DNA of 40,191 nt, from the UHGV virus genome UHGV-1553673. The stretch is one strand, 5' to 3'. The notes beneath the pieces are model-generated. The model was given only the letters and a program-made list of their open reading frames with translations. It had not been told where the DNA came from and made no database searches. This DNA comes from a virus. The position numbers and the translations under genes were made by a program. Positions 8,686 through 18,571 of the stretch are shown here, one piece after another; position 1 is the first letter of the stretch, and every line of letters begins with the position of its first letter.

Positions 8686-9237
8686 TTACTGACCTTTCTT
8701 AAGGTACAAGTTTATTAGGAAAAATATAGTTGGCATAGCAAGCGAGGCCAGGAGAACCCCGAGCATCCATACTTTTACATCTGCTATCTTGGTTTCCAAA
8801 GCGGAAAATTTAGCTTCAAAGTAGTCAACCGATGGTTTCTTAGATAATGAAGCATCAAAATCCAGGCTCTTCTGTAAAAGTACAGCGGTGTCTCTTTTGG
8901 CGTCAGTAGAATCAGAAGATATTTTCCGGGTATCCTCTTTAATTCCTGCCATGCTGCTCTTGATGTGCGCAACTTCAGCTTCAAGAACTGCTAATCGCTT
9001 ATCCATGTCGTCGCCTCCATCATCACTTGTTGTTTGAATGATCTCAGTATCATCCATCACAACCGATGTGACAATCCGTTTTTCTTTATCTGAAGCAGCA
9101 ACAGAACAAGCTTTCATCAAGAGCGTTGCTTGGCTTGATGCTACAGAAGAAAATTCCAGCCCTACTGTAGAGCCATTCTTATCAGAGTAAGCAATTACTA
9201 GCTTTCCCTCATCCAAAGATGATTGAGCTGCATTCAT
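8686..9237 (-). CDS. Hypothetical 183-aa protein with C-terminal transmembrane anchor; second gene of the cI-linked operon
   Basis: C-terminal hydrophobic helix VWMLGVLLASLAMPTIFFLINLYL; coiled-coil-like middle; GAGGA RBS; starts 6 nt after the upstream stop. Confidence 0.6.
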   Translation of the reverse strand: MNAAQSSLDEGKLVIAYSDKNGSTVGLEFSSVASSQATLLMKACSVAASDKEKRIVTSVVMDDTEIIQTTSDDGGDDMDKRLAVLEAEVAHIKSSMAGIKEDTRKISSDSTDAKRDTAVLLQKSLDFDASLSKKPSVDYFEAKFSALETKIADVKVWMLGVLLASLAMPTIFFLINLYLKKGQ

Positions 9238-9243
9238 CAGCTT

Positions 9244-9525
9244 TTATTCCTCGAACATGCTTTTCAAGGACTGATAGAAATCGAAGGCCTTCTGTTTACT
9301 TAAAGTCACGGACGCAACCTTAGTGCGCTGCATTCCTGCCACTGCGATTTCGCCATTCATATGGCCGATGACAGGGGTGCTATTGAGAAAAACGAAGTTA
9401 AAAACTTCGTAGCCATTGTTATCCGTTCCGATGGTTACAACCCCATCAGCATTAGTTTCAATATAATTTTTGGACTCCAGCACATCATTGATATGTGCTA
9501 AGGTAACTTCTTGTTTATCGCTCAC
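9244..9525 (-). CDS. Hypothetical 93-aa protein; first gene of the cI-linked operon
   Basis: GTG start with AGGAGA RBS 7 nt upstream; lower GC than the flanks. Confidence 0.55.
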   Translation of the reverse strand: MSDKQEVTLAHINDVLESKNYIETNADGVVTIGTDNNGYEVFNFVFLNSTPVIGHMNGEIAVAGMQRTKVASVTLSKQKAFDFYQSLKSMFEE

Positions 9526-9647
9526 TTATGTTCTCCTGAACCAACAAAATAGGTAAAAATCTTTTCAATTTCATTAGATTAATTTGCATAAAAAGAACAG
9601 GGAAAAGTTGGATTACCAGCTATGCGCCGACCAGAACACCTTGCCGA

Positions 9648-10295
9648 TCAGCCAAACGTCTCTTCAGGCCACTGCGCCTTAACTACCTTGCCTATGATGC
9701 GGCAGCTATGGTCGCAATCCAGGGTTCTATATGCCGGGTTTAAAGGTACCAGGTAACTAACCCCTGCATCCTTCTCATACTTCTTGAACGTTGCCTCTGA
9801 ATCACCATTTGCAGAAGCCACGCAGAAATCCCCAGACTCTACCGGCTCAGCCGGATCAACGAGTATCAGCATGCCTTCCGGAAAACTTGGACGAACCCCC
9901 TGAGGCGCCGTCATTGAATGCCCCTTCACCTCAAGCCAGAAAGCTTTTTCGCTGGCTTTTGTGGTCGTTGGGACCCATGCCTTTGCATCGCTGGCTGTGT
10001 AGCTTCCCACCTCCGAAAATGGCCCGGCCTGCACTGAAGAAAATAACGGGTATTCATATTGGCGAAATACGGCGTCTGAATCCTCGCCAAACATTATTTT
10101 TGCCGGAGATACGCCGAGTGCCGCCCCAAGAACCAGCGCGTCATCCGCGCTAACCTTTCTTGTTCCTAACTCGTAGTTCCCCAGGCGTGAAGGCGCAGCC
10201 CAGCCGCAAAGCTTGGCCAATTGAGCCTGGCTAAGTCCTTTAGCTTCTCTAAGGGACTTTATCCTTTCCCCGATAATTTCATGCATCGTTTTCAT
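9648..10295 (-). CDS. cI: CI/C2-type prophage repressor (HTH + S24 LexA-like peptidase domain)
   Basis: N-terminal XRE HTH ([11 protein letters not shown]); C-terminal GHSM...KK autocleavage motifs; divergent from cro. Confidence 0.9.
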   Translation of the reverse strand: MKTMHEIIGERIKSLREAKGLSQAQLAKLCGWAAPSRLGNYELGTRKVSADDALVLGAALGVSPAKIMFGEDSDAVFRQYEYPLFSSVQAGPFSEVGSYTASDAKAWVPTTTKASEKAFWLEVKGHSMTAPQGVRPSFPEGMLILVDPAEPVESGDFCVASANGDSEATFKKYEKDAGVSYLVPLNPAYRTLDCDHSCRIIGKVVKAQWPEETFG

Positions 10296-10299
10296 CCCT

Positions 10300-10380
10300 T
10301 AAATGTAACACGCAACGTGATTGAACTCTGTACACGAATTGAGGTTGACTGTTAATCACAAATTGTGTGTAATGGGTGTG
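10300..10380. promoter_or_regulatory. OR operators with pR and pRM
   Basis: TTGACT (10345-10350), 17-nt spacer, TGTAAT (10368-10373); operator-like AATCACAAATTGTGTG overlaps. Confidence 0.6.
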
Positions 10381-10403
10381 TGATTAATGCTAGGGAGACC
10401 GCA

Positions 10404-10622
10404 ATGAACAAAATTGCCCAGCAGCGAAAAAAAATCGGAGTTTCGCAAGCTGTACTAGCTTCGGCAATTGGTTGGGGGCAATCCCGCATCGCCAACTATG
10501 AGCTGAATATCCGTACTCCTGGCCTTAACGATTGCCGAATGATCGTAGAAGGCCTCAGGAAGTTAGGGTGCCAATGTTCTTTGGATGATGTTTTCCCTCC
10601 ATCCAGTAACAAAGCCGCCTAA
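10404..10622 (+). CDS. cro: Cro-like HTH regulator
   Basis: XRE-family HTH (IGVSQAVLASAIGWGQSRIANYE); AGGGAG RBS; divergent from cI. Confidence 0.8.
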   Translation: MNKIAQQRKKIGVSQAVLASAIGWGQSRIANYELNIRTPGLNDCRMIVEGLRKLGCQCSLDDVFPPSSNKAA

Positions 10623-10630
10623 GCAGTACC

Positions 10631-10672
10631 CGCTCTTTAACAGTCATGGCCTTTCACCTCTAACCGGGTGAG
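10631..10672 (+). promoter_or_regulatory. nutR: boxA CGCTCTTTAACA plus boxB hairpin
   Basis: boxA at 10631-10642; hairpin tcaccTCTAACCgggtga with the same CUAACC loop as nutL. Confidence 0.7.
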
Positions 10673-10739
10673 CAAACATCAGCGGCAAATCCATTGGGTG
10701 TGCCGCTATAACTCAATATCAATATAGGAAAATTAACAA

Positions 10740-11036
10740 ATGGCACAAGCAAGCTACAGCAAGCCAACACAGCGAGAAATTGATCGCGCTGAAACTGATT
10801 TACTCATCAACCTGTCAACGCTTACCCAGCGCGGTCTGGCAAAGATGATTGGCTGTCATGAATCGAAGATAAGCAGAACGGACTGGAGATTTATTGCTTC
10901 GGTCTTGTGTGCTTTCGGAATGGCATCAGACATCAGTCCGATTAGCAGGGCTTTTAAGTATGCGCTTGATGAAATCACAAAGAAAAAATCCCCGGCCGCC
11001 ACCGAGGATTTTAAGCAAATTGATATGCAATTCTGA
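10740..11036 (+). CDS. cII: CII-like transcriptional activator
   Basis: C-terminus ...[18 protein letters not shown] resembles lambda CII ...KKRPAATERSEQIQMEF. Confidence 0.8.
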   Translation: MAQASYSKPTQREIDRAETDLLINLSTLTQRGLAKMIGCHESKISRTDWRFIASVLCAFGMASDISPISRAFKYALDEITKKKSPAATEDFKQIDMQF

Positions 11037-11068
11037 GGGAATTACTGGATCAATCCACAGGAGTAATT

Positions 11069-11215
11069 ATGACAAAACAACTCAGTCCTTACCAGGACAA
11101 AATTCACAAACACATACTACGTGATCGCTTCCTGTCCAGCTTCAAGCAGCCTGGTCGATTCCGGGCTGAGTTGGAAAAGGTGAAGCTGATGCAGAAGGAG
11201 AAAGGTCATGAGTAA
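11069..11215 (+). CDS. Hypothetical small protein (48 aa)
   Basis: AGGAG RBS 7 nt before the ATG; below the ORF-track cutoff; a similar small ORF sits here in P22. Confidence 0.4.
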   Translation: MTKQLSPYQDKIHKHILRDRFLSSFKQPGRFRAELEKVKLMQKEKGHE

Positions 11216-12107
11216 CATATCTAATCTAGCCGAAGCCAGAGAGGCCAGAAGGCTACAACAACCGCATCAAAGCAGCGGTAAGGGGTATGCCTTGCTGCAC
11301 CGTAAAATTATGGATGTGCCGTTTTACAAGGATGCAGAAGCAGCGCATCTGTGGGTTCACTTAATCCTCAAAGCAAAGCATACGCCTGAGTATGTAATGA
11401 CTGACGCAGGAGAAATTCTGGTAGGCAGAGGGAAGCTACTTGGCGGTAGAAACTCTCTGGCGTTTGAAACAGGACTCAAACCAGATCGCGTTCAGTACCT
11501 GCTTAGAAAGTTCAAAAAACTCGGCATGATTGACTGGGTTTCACACGGTAAATTCTCAGTTTTCTCGGTAGAGAAATATGACGATTATCAGTCAAATTTT
11601 GTACCAGCAGATTACCAGCAAATTACCACCTCAAAGCCAGCAATACCAATGCCTGTAAGCAATACTGTACCAGCAGATTACCAGCAAATTACCACAGATA
11701 AAGAATATAATAATATTATCTCTAATACTGACGTATTAGAGAGTGCCACAGTAGACAAAAAGTCTGACAAGAAAAAACCTTCCGTTAGCTGTCAGGATGT
11801 TGTCGATGCTTACCACGAAATCCTTCCTGAAGCGCCAAAAATCCGCGCACTGAATGACAAGCGTAAAAACCAGATCCGAACGTTCTGGCGCAAAGCCGGA
11901 GTGATAACCCGCCAGCTTGACGGGCATGGGTTCACGATGCAGGACTGGAGAAATTATTTGATCTACGTAGGCGAAAATTGCCGATGGATGTTCGAAGAAC
12001 GCCCAAACCATCAACGCGGAACCGTCTGGCACAAAAAGGGATTTGATTTCCTGCTTAACGACAATACCTACCTGAAAGTTCGTGAGGGTGAACACGATGA
12101 CCGATAA
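11208..12107 (+). CDS. Replication initiator protein (lambda O / P22 gp18-like)
   Basis: Position before the helicase gene; iterons inside the coding sequence; AAGGAG RBS. Confidence 0.75.
   Translation: MSNISNLAEAREARRLQQPHQSSGKGYALLHRKIMDVPFYKDAEAAHLWVHLILKAKHTPEYVMTDAGEILVGRGKLLGGRNSLAFETGLKPDRVQYLLRKFKKLGMIDWVSHGKFSVFSVEKYDDYQSNFVPADYQQITTSKPAIPMPVSNTVPADYQQITTDKEYNNIISNTDVLESATVDKKSDKKKPSVSCQDVVDAYHEILPEAPKIRALNDKRKNQIRTFWRKAGVITRQLDGHGFTMQDWRNYLIYVGENCRWMFEERPNHQRGTVWHKKGFDFLLNDNTYLKVREGEHDDR
11601..11740. repeat. Origin of replication: iterons plus AT-rich segment
   Basis: 29-nt direct repeat gtaccagcagattaccagcaaattaccac at 11601-11629 and 11667-11695 (four CAGCARATTACC units), followed by AT-rich 11701-11740. 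Confidence 0.7.
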
Positions 12108-13533
12108 TTTTTATGCGCCGCCCCATAGCATCGAGGCAGAGCAGGCGGTGATTGGTGGATTGCTTCTGGATGATGACAGCAGTGAGCGCGTCCAGAAAGT
12201 TCTGGCGATGCTGAAGCCCGATTCATTTTACAGCCGACCACACAAAATCCTTTTCGAAGAAATAACCAGAATGCACCGGGAGCAAAAGCCAGTAGATGGC
12301 CTGACGCTTTTCGATGAACTGGAGCGTAAATCGTTAACGGCGTCTGTTGGCGGTTTTGCTTATATCGCTGAGATCGCAAAGAACACGCCGAGCGCCGCAA
12401 ACATCGTTGCCTATGCAATGCAGGTTCGCGAAACCGCAATGGAACGCTACGCCATCAACCGCATGACTGAAGCGACGGAATTGCTCTATTCCCGCAACGG
12501 AATGACTGCAACGCAGAAGTACGAAGCTATTCAGGCGATTTTCACGCAACTGACAGACCATGCAAAAACCGGATCGCGTCGAGGCCTTCGCTCATTTGGT
12601 GAGGTCATGGAAGACTGGGTTAGCGACCTTGAGAAGCGATTTGACCCGTCAGGCGAACAACGAGGAATGAGCACAGGGATCCCATCTCTGGACAGGATGC
12701 TGTCACCGAAAGGTCTGGTGAAAGGCTCTCTGTTCGTCATTGGCGCTCGCCCTAAGATGGGGAAAACGACGCTATACAGCCAGATGGCAATCAACTGCGC
12801 AGTGCATGAGAAAAAGCCCGCTCTGATGTTCAGTCTTGAAATGCCAGGCGACCAGATACTGGAAAAGCTGGTAGGACAGAAGTCAGGTGTTAACCCGAAT
12901 ATTTTTTACCTTCCGGCGACAAATGACGCTGATGACGGCTATCAGGGTGATTACGATGGTGACTTCAACAGGGCGATCGAAACAGCCAATCGCTTGAGTG
13001 AAATCGACCTGCTTTACATCGACGACACGCCGGGATTATCTCTGGCTCAAATCGTCAGCGAAAGCCGTCGAATCAAGCGAGAAAAAGGATGTGTTGGCAT
13101 GATTCTGGTCGATTACCTGACACTAATGACCGCTGAGAAGGCCGATCGCAACGACCTTGCTTACGGCATGATCACCAAAGGACTGAAGAACCTTGCCAAA
13201 GAGCTTGATTGCGTTGTTGTGCTTCTGACACAGCTTAACCGCGCACTGGAAAGCCGAACCAATAAACGCCCATTACCAAGTGACTCACGAGATACAGGGC
13301 AGATTGAACAGGATTGCGATTATTGGGTGGGGATCCATCGTGAAGGCGCTTTTGATGACAGCGTTCCTCCTGGTGAAACCGAACTAATCCTTCGCCTCAA
13401 TCGTCATGGCAATACCGGCACGGTGTATTGCATTCAGGCAAATGGCGCTATTTATGACACAGACCAACAGTCTGCTGAAATGCGCCGCCGTGAACGCGAG
13501 GAACCGCAGTCCAAGAAGAAAGGAGGATTCTGA
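12097..13533 (+). CDS. DnaB-family replicative helicase (P22 gp12-like)
   Basis: Walker A GARPKMGKT and DnaB-type motifs; ATG at 12097 overlaps the end of the initiator gene. Confidence 0.9.
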   Translation: MTDNFYAPPHSIEAEQAVIGGLLLDDDSSERVQKVLAMLKPDSFYSRPHKILFEEITRMHREQKPVDGLTLFDELERKSLTASVGGFAYIAEIAKNTPSAANIVAYAMQVRETAMERYAINRMTEATELLYSRNGMTATQKYEAIQAIFTQLTDHAKTGSRRGLRSFGEVMEDWVSDLEKRFDPSGEQRGMSTGIPSLDRMLSPKGLVKGSLFVIGARPKMGKTTLYSQMAINCAVHEKKPALMFSLEMPGDQILEKLVGQKSGVNPNIFYLPATNDADDGYQGDYDGDFNRAIETANRLSEIDLLYIDDTPGLSLAQIVSESRRIKREKGCVGMILVDYLTLMTAEKADRNDLAYGMITKGLKNLAKELDCVVVLLTQLNRALESRTNKRPLPSDSRDTGQIEQDCDYWVGIHREGAFDDSVPPGETELILRLNRHGNTGTVYCIQANGAIYDTDQQSAEMRRREREEPQSKKKGGF

Positions 13534-13561
13534 TGACCATCTACATCACTGAGCTAATAAC

Positions 13562-13594
13562 AGGCCTGCTGGTAATCGCAGGCCTTTTTATTTG
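13562..13594 (+). terminator. Rho-independent terminator (tR2-like) before the nin region
   Basis: Perfect 8-bp stem AGGCCTGC/GCAGGCCT followed by TTTTTATTT. Confidence 0.7.
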
Positions 13595-13609
13595 GGGGAG
13601 AGGGAAGTC

Positions 13610-14113
13610 ATGAAAAAACTAACCTTTGAAATTCGATCTCCAGCACATCAGCAAAACGCTATTCACGCAGTACAGCAAATTCTTCCAGACCCAACCAAAC
13701 CAATCGTAGTAACCATTCAGGAACGCAACCGCAGCTTAGACCAGAACCGAAAGCTTTGGGCTTGCCTTGGTGACGTCTCTCGTCAGGTTGAATGGCATGG
13801 TCGCTGGCTGGATGCAGAAAGCTGGAAGTGTGTGTTTACCGCAGCATTAAAGCAGCAGGATGTTGTTCCTAACCTTGCCGGGAATGGCTTTGTGGTAATA
13901 GGCCAGTCAACCAGCAGGATGCGTGTAAACGAATTTGCGGAGCTATTAGAGCTTATACAGGCATTCGGTACAGAGCGTGGCGTTAAGTGGTCAGACGAAG
14001 CGCGACTGGCTCTCGAATGGAAAGCGCGATGGGGAGACGGGCTGCATGACTATCAAATCAAATACGCCAGCACACGACAAGGACTGCTGGCAAACGCCGC
14101 TTTGGCTTTTTGA
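13610..14113 (+). CDS. ninB: NinB (Orf) recombination protein
   Basis: Matches lambda NinB as I recall it (MKKLTFEIRSPAHQQNAIHAVQQILPDPTKPIVV...); 3' end differs and overlaps the next gene. Confidence 0.85.
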   Translation: MKKLTFEIRSPAHQQNAIHAVQQILPDPTKPIVVTIQERNRSLDQNRKLWACLGDVSRQVEWHGRWLDAESWKCVFTAALKQQDVVPNLAGNGFVVIGQSTSRMRVNEFAELLELIQAFGTERGVKWSDEARLALEWKARWGDGLHDYQIKYASTRQGLLANAALAF

Positions 14114-14573
14114 TGCACTGGATATTGAGTTTGGATTCTGGCTGGATTCGGCAGCGAGCGACAAAAATGCTCTGTGCGCTCACTGGTTAACTGAGGCCGA
14201 CGACGCGCTAAATTCTGAGTGGATAAGCCACGGTGCAATCTGGAATAACCCACCGTACAGCAATATCAGGCCGTGGGTGGAAAAAGCCGCTGAGCAGTGC
14301 ATACAACAGCGACAGACGGTAGTTATGCTTGTGCCAGAGGATATGTCAGTCGGATGGTTCAGCAAGGCTCTGGAGAGTGTCGACGAAGTTCGCATTATCA
14401 CTGATGGACGGATTAATTTTATCGAACCATCGACAGGGCTGGAGAAGAAGGGAAACAGCAAAGGCTCCATGCTGCTGATTTGGCGACCGTTCATCAGTCC
14501 TCGACGGATGTTTACTACCGTATCCAAAGCGGCATTGATGGCGATCGGGCAGGGCGTCAGGAGGGCGGCATGA
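14046..14573 (+). CDS. DNA N6-adenine methyltransferase (phage Dam-like)
   Basis: NPPY catalytic motif ([10 protein letters not shown]); GGAGA RBS before the ATG at 14046. Confidence 0.75.
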   Translation: MTIKSNTPAHDKDCWQTPLWLFDALDIEFGFWLDSAASDKNALCAHWLTEADDALNSEWISHGAIWNNPPYSNIRPWVEKAAEQCIQQRQTVVMLVPEDMSVGWFSKALESVDEVRIITDGRINFIEPSTGLEKKGNSKGSMLLIWRPFISPRRMFTTVSKAALMAIGQGVRRAA

Positions 14574-14746
14574 GGCGACAGCGACGAAGTTTCACCGACA
14601 TCATCTGCGAAAACTGCAAATACCTTCCAACGAAACGCTCCAGAAATAAACGCAAGCCAATCCCAAAAGAATCTGACGTAAAAACCTTCAACTACACGGC
14701 TCACCTGTGGGATATCCGGTGGCTAAGACATCGTGCGAGGAAATGA
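14570..14746 (+). CDS. ninE: NinE
   Basis: [23 protein letters not shown]... matches lambda NinE; ATGA overlap with the methylase stop. Confidence 0.85.
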   Translation: MRRQRRSFTDIICENCKYLPTKRSRNKRKPIPKESDVKTFNYTAHLWDIRWLRHRARK

Positions 14747-15108
14747 CAATGGATTATTCACAGTTAAGTGATTTTGAAATTAACGTGGCGGTATTCGAAG
14801 CCATTCATAACGGATCACCGGATTACAAAGAAGGTGAGAATGGCGATATGGTGTTTGTCTCATTTGAGGGAGACATTGTAAACGGAGACGCAGTTGAAGT
14901 AGAAGTTGAGCGCGGATCCTTTAACCCATGCGCAAACCCAGCAGACGCATGGCCGATTATTGAAAAATACAGGATTAGCATTATCAATCTCGATGAAGAC
15001 GAGTGGGGTGCACGCGGTGTGGCCTACTGTAAATCTAAGCGAGCTATACATGAAAATCCCCTCCGCGCCGCCATGATTGTCTTTCTCATGATGCAGAGAA
15101 TCCAATAA
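14743..15108 (+). CDS. NinX-like protein
   Basis: Position between ninE and ninF; [21 protein letters not shown] resembles NinX-type proteins. Confidence 0.5.
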   Translation: MTMDYSQLSDFEINVAVFEAIHNGSPDYKEGENGDMVFVSFEGDIVNGDAVEVEVERGSFNPCANPADAWPIIEKYRISIINLDEDEWGARGVAYCKSKRAIHENPLRAAMIVFLMMQRIQ

Positions 15109-15284
15109 TGCTTAGCCCATCCCAATCCCTTCAATACCAGAAAGAAAGCGTCGAGCGAGCTTTAACGTGCGCTAACTGCGGTCAGAAGCTGCATGTGCTT
15201 GAAGTTCACGTGTGCTCCGATTGCTGCGCAGAACTGATGAGCGATCCGAATAGCTCAATGTACGAGGAAGAAGACGATGGCTAA
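15108..15284 (+). CDS. ninF: NinF
   Basis: Translation [36 protein letters not shown]... matches lambda NinF; below the ORF-track cutoff. Confidence 0.8.
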   Translation: MLSPSQSLQYQKESVERALTCANCGQKLHVLEVHVCSDCCAELMSDPNSSMYEEEDDG

Positions 15285-15888
15285 ACCAGCGCGAAGACGA
15301 TGTAAAAACGAAGAATGTCGGGAATGGTTTCACCCTGCATTCGCTAATCAGTGGTGGTGCTCTCCAGAGTGTGGAACCAAGATAGCACTCGAACGACGAA
15401 GCAAAGAACGCGAAAAAGCGGAAAAGGCAGCAGAGAAGAAACGACGACGAGAGGAGCAGAAACAGAAAGATAAACTTAAGATTCGAAAACTCGCCTTAAA
15501 GCCCCGCAGTTACTGGATTAAACAAGCCCAACAAGCCGTAAACGCCTTCATCAGAGAAAGAGACCGCGACTTACCATGTATCTCGTGCGGAACGCTCACG
15601 TCTGCTCAGTGGGATGCCGGGCATTACCGGACAACTGCTGCGGCACCTCAACTCCGATTTGATGAACGCAATATTCACAAGCAATGCGTGGTGTGCAACC
15701 AGCACAAAAGCGGAAATCTCGTTCCGTATCGCGTCGAACTGATTAGCCGCATCGGGCAGGAAGCAGTAGACGAAATCGAATCAAACCATAACCGCCATCG
15801 CTGGACTATCGAAGAGTGCAAGGCGATCAAGGCAGAGTACCAACAGAAACTCAAAGACCTACGAAATAGCAGAAGTGAGGCCGCATGA
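15277..15888 (+). CDS. ninG: NinG (Rap) recombination-associated protein
   Basis: Matches lambda NinG from memory. Confidence 0.85.
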   Translation: MAKPARRRCKNEECREWFHPAFANQWWCSPECGTKIALERRSKEREKAEKAAEKKRRREEQKQKDKLKIRKLALKPRSYWIKQAQQAVNAFIRERDRDLPCISCGTLTSAQWDAGHYRTTAAAPQLRFDERNIHKQCVVCNQHKSGNLVPYRVELISRIGQEAVDEIESNHNRHRWTIEECKAIKAEYQQKLKDLRNSRSEAA

Positions 15889-16091
15889 CGTTCTCAGTAA
15901 AAACCATTCCAGACATGCTCGTTGAAGCATACGGAAACCAGACAGAAGTAGCACGCAGACTGAAATGTAGTCGCGGTACGGTCAGAAAATACGTTGATGA
16001 TAAAGACGGGAAAATGCACGCCATCGTCAACGACGTTCTCATGGTTCATCGCGGATGGAGTGAAAGAGATGCGCTATTACGAAAAAATTGA
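15885..16091 (+). CDS. ninH: NinH
   Basis: 68 aa, matches lambda NinH from memory. Confidence 0.8.
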   Translation: MTFSVKTIPDMLVEAYGNQTEVARRLKCSRGTVRKYVDDKDGKMHAIVNDVLMVHRGWSERDALLRKN

Positions 16092-16734
16092 TGGCAGCAA
16101 ATACCGAAATATTTTGGTAGTTGGCGATCTGCACGGATGCTACACGAACCTGATGAAAAAACTGGAGACGATAGGATTCGACACCAAAAAAGACCTGCTT
16201 ATCTCAGTGGGCGATTTGGTTGATCGCGGTACAGAGAACGTCGAATGCCTGGAATTAATCACATTCCCCTGGTTCAGAGCTGTACGTGGAAACCATGAGC
16301 AAATGATGATTGATGGCTTATCAGAGCGTGGAAACGTTAATCACTGGCTGCTTAATGGCGGTGGATGGTTCTTTAATCTCGATTACGACAAAGAAATTCT
16401 GGCTAAAGCTCTTGCCCATAAAGCAGATGAACTTCCGTTAATCATCGAACTGGTGAGCAAAGATAAAAAATATGTCATCTGCCACGCCGATTATCCTTGT
16501 GACGAATACGAGTTTGGAAAACCAGTTGATCATCAGCAGGTAATCTGGAACCGCGAACGAATCAGCAACTCACAAGACGGGATCGTGAAAGAAATCAAAG
16601 GCGCGGACACGTTCATCTTTGGTCATACGCCAGCAGTGAAACCACTCAAGTTTGCCAACCAGATGTATATCGATACCGGCGCAGTGTTCTGCGGAAACCT
16701 CACATTGATTCAGGTACAGGGAGAAGGCGCATGA
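16069..16734 (+). CDS. Ser/Thr protein phosphatase (lambda PPase / NinI-like)
   Basis: Metallophosphatase motifs GDLHG, GDLVDRG, GNHE; start at MRYYEKIDG. Confidence 0.9.
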   Translation: MRYYEKIDGSKYRNILVVGDLHGCYTNLMKKLETIGFDTKKDLLISVGDLVDRGTENVECLELITFPWFRAVRGNHEQMMIDGLSERGNVNHWLLNGGGWFFNLDYDKEILAKALAHKADELPLIIELVSKDKKYVICHADYPCDEYEFGKPVDHQQVIWNRERISNSQDGIVKEIKGADTFIFGHTPAVKPLKFANQMYIDTGAVFCGNLTLIQVQGEGA

Positions 16735-17354
16735 GACTCGAAAGCGTAGCTAAATTTCATTCGCCAAAAAGCCCGATGATGAGTGACTCACCACGGGCCA
16801 CGGCTTCTGACTCTCTTTCCGGTACTGATGTGATGGCTGCTATGGGGATGGCGCAATCACAAGCCGGATTCGGAATGGCTGCATTCTGTGGTAAGCACGA
16901 ACTCAGCCAGAACGACAAACAAAAGGCTATCAACTATCTGATGCAATTTGCACACAAGGTATCGGGGAAATACCGTGGTGTGGCAAAGCTCGAAGGAAAT
17001 ACTAAGGCAAAGGTACTGCAAGTGCTCGCAACATTCGCTTATGCGGATTATTGCCGTAGTGCCGCGACACCGGGCGCAAGATGCAGAGATTGCCACGGTA
17101 CAGGCCGTGCGGTCGATATTGCCAAAACAGAGCTGTGGGGGAGAGTTGTTGAGAAAGAATGCGGAAGATGCAAAGGTGTCGGCTATTCAAGAATGCCAGC
17201 AAGCGCCGCATATCGCGCTGTAACGATGCTAATCCCAAACCTTACTCAACCCACCTGGTCACGCACTGTTAAGCCGCTGTATGACGCTCTGGTGGTGCAA
17301 TGCCACAAGGAAGAGTCAATCGCAGACAACATTTTGAATGCGGTCACACGTTAG
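16731..17354 (+). CDS. Q: Late-gene antiterminator Q
   Basis: 207 aa, matches lambda Q from memory; followed by pR'. Confidence 0.9.
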   Translation: MRLESVAKFHSPKSPMMSDSPRATASDSLSGTDVMAAMGMAQSQAGFGMAAFCGKHELSQNDKQKAINYLMQFAHKVSGKYRGVAKLEGNTKAKVLQVLATFAYADYCRSAATPGARCRDCHGTGRAVDIAKTELWGRVVEKECGRCKGVGYSRMPASAAYRAVTMLIPNLTQPTWSRTVKPLYDALVVQCHKEESIADNILNAVTR

Positions 17355-17396
17355 CAGCATGATTGCCACGGATGGCAACATATTAACGGCATGATA

Positions 17397-17425
17397 TTGA
17401 CTTTTTGAATAAAGTTGGGTAAATT
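17397..17425 (+). promoter_or_regulatory. Late promoter pR' with qut region
   Basis: TTGACT (17397-17402) and TAAATT (17420-17425) in the arrangement I recall for lambda pR'. Confidence 0.7.
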
Positions 17426-17460
17426 TGACTCAACGATGGATAAATGCACTCGTTAAATAA

Positions 17461-17490
17461 AGCCCTGAGTTAATAGCTCGGGGCTTTTTG
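17461..17490 (+). terminator. Candidate tR' terminator ending a short pR' transcript
   Basis: Hairpin AGCCCTGAG / CTCGGGGCT followed by TTTTTG, about 30 nt after the predicted start. Confidence 0.55.
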
Positions 17491-17787
17491 CGTTTTAAGC
17501 ACGGCCTTTCTGAAAGCACATCAAACCAAATACCAGACAGACAAAAATAATCACCTTATCCGCTGTGGCTACGGTGCGGTGTGCTTTGCATAAAAGAAAA
17601 CCAGCTCAATGGCTGGCTTCGTGAAAGCGGGTGGCAAGAGGTTGCGCTAACAACCTCCTGCCGTTTTTCCCGTGCATATCGGTCACGAACAAATCTGATT
17701 ACTAAACACAGTAGCCTGGATTTGTTCTATCAGTAATCGACCTTATTCCTAATTAAATAGAGCAAATCCCCTTATTGGGGGTAAGAC

Positions 17788-18111
17788 ATGAAGATGCCAG
17801 AAAAACATGACCTGTTAGCCGCCATTCTCGCGGCAAAGGAACAAGGCATCGGGGCAATCCTTGCGTTTGCAATGGCGTACCTTCGCGGCAGATATAATGG
17901 CGGTGCGTTTACAAAAACAGTAATCGACGCAACGATGTGCGCCATTATCGCCTGGTTCATTCGTGACCTTCTCGACTTCGCCGGACTAAGTAGCAATCTC
18001 GCTTATATAACGAGCGTGTTCATCGGCTACATCGGTACTGACTCGATTGGTTCGCTTATCAAACGCTTCGCTGCTAAAAAAGCCGGAGTAGAAGATGGTG
18101 GAAATCAATAA
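17788..18111 (+). CDS. S: Holin S (class I) with dual-start Met1-Lys2-Met3
   Basis: [39 protein letters not shown]... matches lambda S107. Confidence 0.95.
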   Translation: MKMPEKHDLLAAILAAKEQGIGAILAFAMAYLRGRYNGGAFTKTVIDATMCAIIAWFIRDLLDFAGLSSNLAYITSVFIGYIGTDSIGSLIKRFAAKKAGVEDGGNQ

Positions 18112-18571
18112 TCAACGTAAGGCGTTCCTCGATATGCTGGCGTGGTCAGAGGGAACAGATAACGGACGACAGAAAACCAGAAATCATGGTTATGACGTCA
18201 TTGTTGGCGGAGAGCTATTCACTGATTACTCAGATCACCCTCGCAAACTTGTCACGCTAAACCCAAAGCTCAAATCAACAGCCGCCGGACGTTACCAGCT
18301 TCTTTCACGTTGGTGGGATGCCTACCGCAAGCAACTTGGCCTGAAAGACTTCTCTCCCAAAAGCCAGGACGCAGTGGCATTGCAGCAGATTAAAGAGCGT
18401 GGCGCTTTACCGATGATTGATCGCGGTGATATCCGTCAGGCTATCGACCGTTGCAGCAATATCTGGGCTTCACTGCCGGGGGCTGGTTATGGTCAGTTCG
18501 AGCATAAGGCTGACAGCCTGATTGCAAAATTCAAAGAGGCTGGCGGAACGGTCAGAGAGATTGAGGTATGA
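18095..18571 (+). CDS. R: Endolysin R (lytic transglycosylase)
   Basis: 158 aa, matches lambda R from memory. Confidence 0.95.
   Translation: MVEINNQRKAFLDMLAWSEGTDNGRQKTRNHGYDVIVGGELFTDYSDHPRKLVTLNPKLKSTAAGRYQLLSRWWDAYRKQLGLKDFSPKSQDAVALQQIKERGALPMIDRGDIRQAIDRCSNIWASLPGAGYGQFEHKADSLIAKFKEAGGTVREIEV

Noticed and set aside
12068-12794. Several minus-strand ORFs inside the helicase gene
   Set aside because: Antisense to a confidently identified DnaB-type helicase; probably GC-skew artefacts.
13534-13560. Tiny ORF (MTIYITELI) immediately after the helicase stop
   Set aside because: Nine codons, overlaps the terminator stem region; not credible as a gene.
2688-18111. Shared ...GGNQ C-terminus between two Ea22-like proteins and the holin
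   Set aside because: Only four residues in otherwise unrelated proteins; treated as coincidence.
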